Positions 1 to 4,902 of a DNA stretch of 6,403 nt are shown here, piece by piece. Made by a program: the position numbers and the translations under genes. The notes beneath the pieces were generated by a model, which saw only the letters and a list, made by a program, of their open reading frames with translations, made no database searches and was not told where the DNA came from. Position 1 is the first letter of the stretch, and every line of letters starts with the position of its first letter. Origin of the DNA: an uncultured archaeon (GTDB lineage: Archaea > Asgardarchaeota > Jordiarchaeia > Jordiarchaeales > Jordiarchaeaceae); NCBI GenBank assembly GCA_964510585.1, contig CAZECW010000124.1, forward strand, positions 1 through 6,403. The letters are read 5' to 3'.

Positions 1-24
1 TTGTTTCTTAGCAGGGCGCCTCAA
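1..24 (-). CDS. Possible 5' start of a divergent gene running off the window (MRRPAKKQ...)
   Basis: GAGGTGG on the minus strand (32-38) lies 7 nt before a TTG at 24, and the frame is open to the window edge. Only 8 codons are visible, and this competes with the model in which it is left-flank/left-end DNA. Confidence 0.2.
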
Positions 25-82
25 AGCAATACCACCTCAAATAGTGTATTAAAAATACGCGTCAAATTTCAAAAATCTTTCT

Positions 83-126
83 AAAGACAAATAAATCTAC
101 ATCACCTGTGGACATAAGCGGACATA
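83..126 (+). repeat. IS607-type left-end direct repeats (putative TnpA HTH binding motifs)
   Basis: GTGGACATA (108-116) and GCGGACATA (118-126) are 10 nt apart, with weaker copies ATCTACATC (95-103) and AAAGACAAA (83-91), directly upstream of the tnpA ATG. Short direct repeats of about 9 bp are the known architecture of IS607-family ends. Confidence 0.6.
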
Positions 127-131
127 TTATT

Positions 132-713
132 ATGGATAGACTGTACACTTTAAAAGAAGCAAAGATGCTACTCGGTGTCTGCACAAAGACTATTCAGCGG
201 TGGGACAGGGAAGGAAAAGTAAGAGTGGTGAGAACCTCTGGAGGTAGAAGACGTATTCCTGAAAGCGAAATACTGCGGATACAGGGAGAAGAAAGAAGAA
301 AGGGGAGGGTTATTGGATACGCTCGGGTCTCGTCTCCGTCACAGAGAGACGATTTGGAACGTCAAGTAGCGTTAGTCAAAAATAGAGGGGTGGAAGAAGT
401 GCTAACCGATGTGGGGTCGGGGCTGAATGAGAAGAGACGAAATTTCAGGAAAATATTAAAAATGGTGGCGGAGAGGAAAATTTCCCATATTGTAATATCT
501 TATCCTGATAGGCTTACCCGGTTCGGATTCCAAACGCTAAAAAACCTTTTCTCCGCCTTTGGAACCGAAATAACCGTAATAAAAGAAGACCAGTACAAAT
601 CACCGCAAGAAGAAATGGTAAAAGACCTAATAACCATAATTTCACACTTCTCCGGCAAACTCTACGGCACCCGCTCCCACAAAAATAAACAAAACAAAAA
701 AATGCAAACATAA
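132..713 (+). CDS. tnpA: IS607-family transposase TnpA (N-terminal MerR-like HTH + serine recombinase domain), 193 aa from ATG132; the ORF track starts at GTG108
   Basis: N-terminal LYTLKEAKMLLGVCTKTIQRWDREGK..RTSGGRRR HTH; catalytic GYARVSS; DVGSGLNEKRRNF, YPDRLTRFGF and EEMVKDLITIISHFSGKLYGTRSHK are all IS607 TnpA hallmarks. Confidence 0.95.
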   Translation: MDRLYTLKEAKMLLGVCTKTIQRWDREGKVRVVRTSGGRRRIPESEILRIQGEERRKGRVIGYARVSSPSQRDDLERQVALVKNRGVEEVLTDVGSGLNEKRRNFRKILKMVAERKISHIVISYPDRLTRFGFQTLKNLFSAFGTEITVIKEDQYKSPQEEMVKDLITIISHFSGKLYGTRSHKNKQNKKMQT

Positions 714-720
714 ACATTCC

Positions 721-944
721 CTAAAAAGGGAAAAATGCCCAAAACACTTGTACACCACACCTCCACATATGAGCATAGATGTGTAGAAAACTAGAAGGGA
801 TGCTTACATTAGCACCGCTTACCAACCCCGCCACCCATTTAACTAAACTAATGAGAATGTGGTAGTGGGGACTAGGATTTGAGCTAACCACTGATAAACA
901 AGCACATATAGGTAGATTGAAAGATACTGCACCACTCCACCCAT
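721..944 (-). pseudogene. Hydrophobic ORF of about 72 aa broken by a 5-nt tandem duplication; probably a remnant or truncated membrane protein gene
   Basis: ATG at 944 lies 6 nt after the stop of 951-1154. The ORF stops at 843-845 after 33 aa. Removing one copy of the minus-strand TTAGT-TTAGT tandem fuses it to the C-terminal part of the 721-978 ORF (..QWLAQILVPTTTFSLVKWVAGLVSGANVSIPSSFLHIY..). Confidence 0.45.
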
Positions 945-950
945 AGCTTC

Positions 951-1154
951 CTAAATGATGGGTAGAACGGATTCCCACTTAACGGAAATTCCCACCACAA
1001 GTAAGCCGATAATAACGCCCAGCGCCGCGCCCATACGCCTGTGAGAAGTCGCCAGCCTCACAATGTTAATAATAACCAAACCCAACCCCACCAAAAGAGC
1101 AATCCCAAAAACAATATTAAAAAGATCATGAAACAAGGGATAAAAAAATACCAA
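951..1154 (-). CDS. Small two-TM membrane protein (67 aa); topology resembles TrbC/VirB2-type pilins
   Basis: Two clear hydrophobic helices (IVFGIALLVGLGLVIINIV; AALGVIIGLLVVGISV) are joined by a basic loop (RLATSHRR). TTG start, with a TATA box 28 nt upstream. The family assignment rests on pattern resemblance only. Confidence 0.65.
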   Translation of the reverse strand: MVFFYPLFHDLFNIVFGIALLVGLGLVIINIVRLATSHRRMGAALGVIIGLLVVGISVKWESVLPII

Positions 1155-1180
1155 AAAATCACAAAGGATGCGGAATGTGG

Positions 1181-1188
1181 GTTATAAA
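1181..1188 (-). promoter_or_regulatory. Archaeal TATA box for the 951-1154 gene (leaderless transcript)
   Basis: Minus-strand TTTATAAC ends 27-28 nt upstream of TTG1154. Confidence 0.5.
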
Positions 1189-1896
1189 TGGCTACGATAA
1201 GCTAAAAGCTATTTGCAAATGGGTAGCAATATAGACTTTTTTATTAATTTTTCCCTAAACAGCTTATGAAACTGGGTTTTTTAAGCCTTCTTTCCAAAAA
1301 AGGAGACATAAAAACCATATGTTCAAGCGGTACTCCTTTGTGGGATTCTCTTTTTTGCGGTTGAATTCTTTTGGGCCATATGTTTAAACGGCAATCCCTA
1401 ATGCTGGTTTCATGTTTTGTCCTGTCCTTTTATTCACTCTTCGTAATCCCTCCCGCCACCACCTATATACATGACGGTGTTAAAAAATTGGAAATACCCA
1501 TTTCTCCAAAATACTCCACAAAAAGAACCCCACAGAAGGGAGCTCTCCCTAAACACATGGCTTTTTTGGGAAACTCCATATTTTAGCACAAACAAAAATG
1601 TGGTAAAAACTGGGCTGGAGAGCATTGCAGATGCGATTGGGCCAAGGGCTGGAGCAGCACAAACAAAAACCAGCCATAAGGAGTCCTGCCTGAACATATG
1701 GATAAAAATGTTTATTTCCTGGGACAAAAAGGAAAAAAATTAAAAGGAAAATCTATAGGCGGGAAAATTTCTACTATTTTCTCGAGTTAACATTTGGGCT
1801 CTCCCTTTAAGTGTATATTTCTTTATCTAGGCAAGCCCGATTTATTTGACAGAAAACTTTCTCTCTGTTTGATAATAGATGGTGTAATGTTAATAG

Positions 1897-2328
1897 TTAG
1901 ATTTTTTTAATAGTTGCGGTTACTTTTCTTATGAGTTCGTTTGTGTGGTTGCAGTTTGTGCTCTGGCAGGTGGTGCAGATTGCGAGTGGGCTTAGGGCTG
2001 TTTTCACGAGGTAGACCTTTGTGTGGTCTTGTCTTGTGGTGTATTCTTTGTGTTCGGGGTAGAGTTGGGGTAGGGTTTTTAGTACTGCGAGTTCCTGTTC
2101 TTTGGCGCAGGTTTTTTGGAGTTCTTTAAGGAGGTAAGCTGTTAAATATTTTATGTGGGGTAGTTTTTCTACTGGTCGGGGGTTCTGGTAGTTCAGTATG
2201 TTTCCGCAGGTTAAACATTTTATGTATCCTACTACTTCCACTATTTCTGTGGGGATTACTGTTTGCTGGTGGTTGCGGTCAAGTAGGAGGACTTCGGAGT
2301 AGAACTTCATGTTCACCAACTGTTTCAC
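1897..2328 (-). CDS. Hypothetical Zn-binding protein (143 aa) with two widely spaced CxxC motifs
   Basis: KCLTCGN and ICTTCQS motifs about 80 aa apart; GTG start overlaps the upstream stop (GTGA coupling), indicating an operon with 2325-2720. Confidence 0.7.
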   Translation of the reverse strand: MKQLVNMKFYSEVLLLDRNHQQTVIPTEIVEVVGYIKCLTCGNILNYQNPRPVEKLPHIKYLTAYLLKELQKTCAKEQELAVLKTLPQLYPEHKEYTTRQDHTKVYLVKTALSPLAICTTCQSTNCNHTNELIRKVTATIKKI

Positions 2329-2720
2329 TTCCCCATATTATTATTGTTGTTGTTGGTTGTTGTGGTGTATCCTTTTAGTATGTAGAGGTTGGGTTTTGGG
2401 TTGCTTAGTTGGACTGGTACTGTTTTTGTTTCTCCGAGTAGTTCCTCAGCCTTTTTTCGTCCCATGCTGGTTAGGGATATTTTCTTGTCTTTGATTTTGA
2501 AAAGTTGGGGGTAATCGTTTATCATCGTGTAGAGGTCTTTCCAGCGTTTTAGGAGGGCTCGTCTGCGGGCTATGCTCGTGAGTGTTCCGATGCCTATGGC
2601 GCTGCTTGTGGTTTCCGCTTCGGCTATGCGGAAAACCATTAGTATGTTTTTAAGCGTTTTATCCTCGCTTGGTTGAGTGCCGGCATTGTTTTTCTTTGAG
2701 TCTGAATCCGTTTCTTTCAC
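2325..2720 (-). CDS. Hypothetical protein (131 aa), probable winged-helix DNA-binding protein
   Basis: KKISLTSMGRKKAEELL fits the wing / 'LT..G' C-terminal wHTH motif, preceded by helical segments. GTG start with a purine-rich RBS-like stretch and a strong TATA box 26 nt upstream. Confidence 0.7.
   Translation of the reverse strand: MKETDSDSKKNNAGTQPSEDKTLKNILMVFRIAEAETTSSAIGIGTLTSIARRRALLKRWKDLYTMINDYPQLFKIKDKKISLTSMGRKKAEELLGETKTVPVQLSNPKPNLYILKGYTTTTNNNNNNMGK
2337..2366 (-). repeat. Low-complexity ACN/AAY trinucleotide tract encoding TTTTNNNNNN
   Basis: Minus strand reads acc aca aca acc aac aac aac aat aat aat at the 3' end of the 2325-2720 gene. Confidence 0.7.
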
Positions 2721-2745
2721 CTCTTCCCTCTTTTTTTGAGTATCC

Positions 2746-2754
2746 TTATATAAA
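2746..2754 (-). promoter_or_regulatory. Archaeal TATA box of the wHTH/Zn-ribbon operon
   Basis: Minus-strand TTTATATAA ends 26 nt upstream of GTG2720. Confidence 0.7.
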
Positions 2755-2755
2755 C

Positions 2756-3071
2756 CCCTTGAAAGAGGGACTCAGAGGTAGCATTCTTGTAATTCCTCAA
2801 GTTCATGTTTCTTATGCCCTTTTTTAAGGGAAAGATAATAATGGTGGGGGGGTCTTTAAAGGGCGATGGCACTAAGTTAAGGTAAGAGGGAGATGTGGTT
2901 TCGTTCGATTCCGCTTCTAAAAGGCGTTTATGGAGCTCCTTTAGTTTAGAACCCTGAAATAAGGGGTGGAATCAGGCGGATCAACATCACTCCACGAGTA
3001 CAAGAAAAGAATTTGGGCTTAACTTAATGCCATTGTTTTTAAAGGGGATCTCTTTCAGAGCTTTTAAAGGG
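2756..3071. promoter_or_regulatory. Array of 14-bp palindromic CCCT-N6-AGGG boxes (operator- or iteron-like)
   Basis: Perfect boxes at 2756-2769, 2817-2830 and 2952-2965; a near-perfect CGCT-TCTAAA-AGGC at 2912-2925; TTTAA-AGGG half sites ending at 2863, 3046 and 3071 (TTTTAAAGGGGA exact direct repeat at 3037 and 3062). Confidence 0.5.
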
Positions 3072-3125
3072 GAGCGTGACTCTGAAATACCGGTACACTA
3101 TGGGAGTGTGGCAGGAAACGTGTGG

Positions 3126-3133
3126 TTTATAAG
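3126..3133 (+). promoter_or_regulatory. TATA box upstream of the candidate small RNA
   Basis: TTTATAAG lies 23 nt before the start of the GC-rich stem at 3156, with no ORF downstream. Confidence 0.5.
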
Positions 3134-3155
3134 TGATTAAGTGTCAATATATTTT

Positions 3156-3235
3156 GGTGGCGACCGGCGATTCCTTTCTCGAAAAAGGGATACAATGAAA
3201 CCACGACATTTCACCTCATTGGCCGGTCGCCCACC
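3156..3235 (+). ncRNA. Candidate ~80-nt structured RNA (three-way junction), unknown family
   Basis: 13-bp closing stem (3156-3168 / 3222-3235; 11 G-C pairs, one bulged C) encloses hairpins 3170-3191 and 3193-3221. TATA box upstream; T-rich TCTTATTTT directly after. Confidence 0.5.
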
Positions 3236-3379
3236 TCTTATTTTAACACGCGACTTCTGACTCCCACCAAACATTCTCCCCTGATGCTCTTACACATGTA
3301 ATGCTCAGATCCCCTATTTCCCCTCCGAAAAAGAGCCGCTCCATTCTGTTTTACCTATAAGAATTCTGATTCGGGGAGC

Positions 3380-3473
3380 TTTTATACATATTTTTAAAAA
3401 TTTCTAGTAGCGACCTTTGCAAAAAGGCGTTGGCTCACCAGAAGAGTGAGTCGAGAGAAAGACTTTGAGGTGA
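3380..3473 (+). promoter_or_regulatory. tnpB upstream region: TATA-like boxes, two hairpins and an RBS
   Basis: TTTTATAC (3380-3387) and TTTAAA (3393-3398); hairpins CCTTT-GCAA-AAAGG (3414-3427) and GGCTCAC-N7-GTGAGTC (3432-3452); GAGGTGA (3467-3473) 6 nt before GTG3480. Confidence 0.55.
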
Positions 3474-3479
3474 AATGTT

Positions 3480-4771
3480 GTGGACGCGATTGTAATCAGA
3501 ACTTTGAGATTTAACATTGAAAGTAATGCATGTTTGGATAAAGCTTTAGAGGTTTTCAAGGACATGGTAAACGAGATGTTGAAGTACGGGCTTGAAAACG
3601 AGGTTTACTCCGCCACAGAATTAGAGAAACATTTCTGGAACCCCTTTAAAGACAAATACCGCCTGGCAACTCACTACACCACCAGCGCCTCACGATACGC
3701 CGCAAGCCTACTCCAATCCCACCTCAGCAACCTGAAAGCCTGGAATGCAAACAGAAAGCCAACCAAGGAACCTAGCCCCCCAAAGCAGAAAAAACTCTGC
3801 ATGAGACTCCAAACGATACTAGCACGCCCCAAACTAGTTAACGGAAAACTAGAACTACACATAACCATAACCACAAAACCCAAAAAAGAACACGTAAAAC
3901 TGGCACTTCAGCCATACTCCTACGCCGAGCCTCTAGTTAAGGCCTGGGCTGCAGAAGAACTTAAAGTAGGCGAAATCACCATAAAGCCATCCGAGGTCTA
4001 CATACCCTTCAAGCAGAAAGTAACCTGTAACGAAAACCCCATAGGCGCAATGTTCTTCGACACCAACCTTTCAAGTTTGGACTTCGTCGTCGCAACAAAG
4101 AACGGAGTTTTCAAAGCCTTCAGCTTAGACATCTCACTGATCCAAAAAATCAGGCAGAGATACGCAGAAAAGAGAAAGCGAATCCAGAACAAGGTTAAAA
4201 ACCCCAAAGACAGAAAAAGACTCTGGGAGAAGTACGAGAAACGCGAGAAGCGGCGGGTGAACCACCTGCTGCACCTCGTAAGCAGTTTAGTCGCCGGGAT
4301 TTCTGAGAGGTACGGTGGGCTCTGCGCTGTTTTCGGAGACCTAACCGGGATCCGGAACAGCATAAACGAGCTTCCGCGCACAAAGGAACTCAGACATCAG
4401 CTAAACCTCTGGCCCTTTGAAAGGCTTCAACAGCTCTGCGAGTTCAAGTTGCTCCAGAAACCTCTTCTGGAGGGTGTTGGATTGGCTGCTTGACTCTGTA
4501 CATTAGCGAGGAGTACACTTCCTCTACCTGCCCCTTGTGCCGAAGGATAACTGAAACGCCCCGAGGACGGATATTCAGGTGTCCGTACTGTGGTTACAGC
4601 GGTGATCGACATATTGTTGCAGCGATAAACATGGCCCTTAAGCCTGGTCCCGAGTGGCTTAACTGGGTTAGCCGGGTGGTCACTCCCTACCCCAAGGTAA
4701 CCAGAATCAGGGTTGACCCAAAAATCAGCCCTGAGGAGACCTTGAACCGGGTTTTGGGAACCAGTCCTTAA
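3480..4771 (+). pseudogene. tnpB: TnpB (RNA-guided RuvC nuclease family, about 422 aa when repaired), split by a frameshift at about 4458-4483 into ORFs 3480-4493 and 4490-4771
   Basis: N-terminal IRTLRF strand; RuvC-I FFDTN (D194, nt 4059); basic helical region (EKRKRIQ..EKRRVNHLLH); RuvC-II region VFGDLTGIR; W-P-F..L..LCEFK; ISEEYTSSTCPLC..FRCPYCG Zn ribbon; DRHIVAAIN RuvC-III region. Confidence 0.9.
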
Positions 4772-4902
4772 GAGTCGTTATAGGTGTGGCGAGTTTGGGT
4801 ATCCGCCGAATGCCAATGAGCCCCCTAAAAGGGGTGAGGAAGGGAATGATTGTGGACTTATGTCTACTTAACCCAATACCCTTATCCTATTCATTTTCTG
4901 GG
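4772..4902 (+). ncRNA. Putative TnpB omega/reRNA scaffold overlapping the element right end
   Basis: Non-coding stretch after the tnpB stop with stems GGCG/CGCC (4788-4807), CCCC-CTAAAA-GGGG (4821-4834) and AGGGAATGA/TCATTTTCT (4841-4849 / 4891-4899, two G-U pairs), ending at TGGG. The position is as expected for TnpB guide scaffolds; boundaries are inferred. Confidence 0.5.

Larger units (their letters stand above)
83..4870 (+). mobile_element. Putative composite (cargo-carrying) IS607-family element: left end - tnpA - 2.77 kb cargo - tnpB - right end. Minimal extent given; it may run from about 16/17 to about 4902.
   Basis: tnpA and an IS607-type tnpB are co-oriented. The 10-mer TGTGGACATA (107-116) before tnpA matches TGTGGACTTA (4851-4860) after tnpB at 9/10, and both are part of 10-nt-period tandem pairs. 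That they form one element is inference. Confidence 0.5.

Noticed and set aside
514-717. Minus-strand 67-aa ORF
   Set aside because: Antisense shadow of tnpA, produced by the A/C-rich 3' end; no independent signals.
1371-1743. Three overlapping ORFs (1371-1586 +, 1434-1727 -, 1471-1743 +)
   Set aside because: They are mutually exclusive, with no recognisable motif, RBS or well-placed TATA box. I cannot tell which, if any, is real; possibly decayed cargo. Needs a homology search.
1941-2494. Plus-strand Cys/Val/Leu/Gly-rich ORFs 1941-2129 and 2309-2494
   Set aside because: Shadows of the minus-strand operon; their apparent hydrophobicity comes from the G+T skew.
2941-3073. G-string motifs (GAAATAAGGGGT, AAAGGGGA) resembling Orc1/Cdc6 ORB elements
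   Set aside because: The TCCA-N-GAAA core is missing and no orc1/cdc6 gene is in the window; better described by the CCCT-N6-AGGG palindrome.
3156-3235. tRNA, hammerhead ribozyme or C/D-box sRNA interpretation of the structured element
   Set aside because: No D or T-loop consensus or 7-bp acceptor geometry; the minus-strand CCAATGAG..GAAA lacks CUGANGA and stem II; no RUGAUGA/CUGA boxes.
4421-4493. Programmed -1 frameshift, TGA readthrough or bulge-helix-bulge intron as a way to express full-length TnpB
   Set aside because: There is no X-XXY-YYZ slippery heptamer in the 4421-4490 overlap. The C-terminal domain is in another frame, so readthrough cannot help. In the registers I tested around the hairpin, the 4-bp central helix of a BHB does not pair.
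3674-4612. Minus-strand ORFs 3674-3883, 3998-4381, 4195-4383 and 4427-4612
   Set aside because: Antisense shadows of tnpB with no motifs.
3215-4820. 9-nt complementarities: CTCATTGGC (3215-3223) with GCCAATGAG (4812-4820), and CCAGAAGAG (3438-3446) with CTCTTCTGG (4462-4470)
   Set aside because: Tempting as tracrRNA-like or long-range pairings, but dozens of 9-mer matches are expected by chance in 6.4 kb and neither extends.
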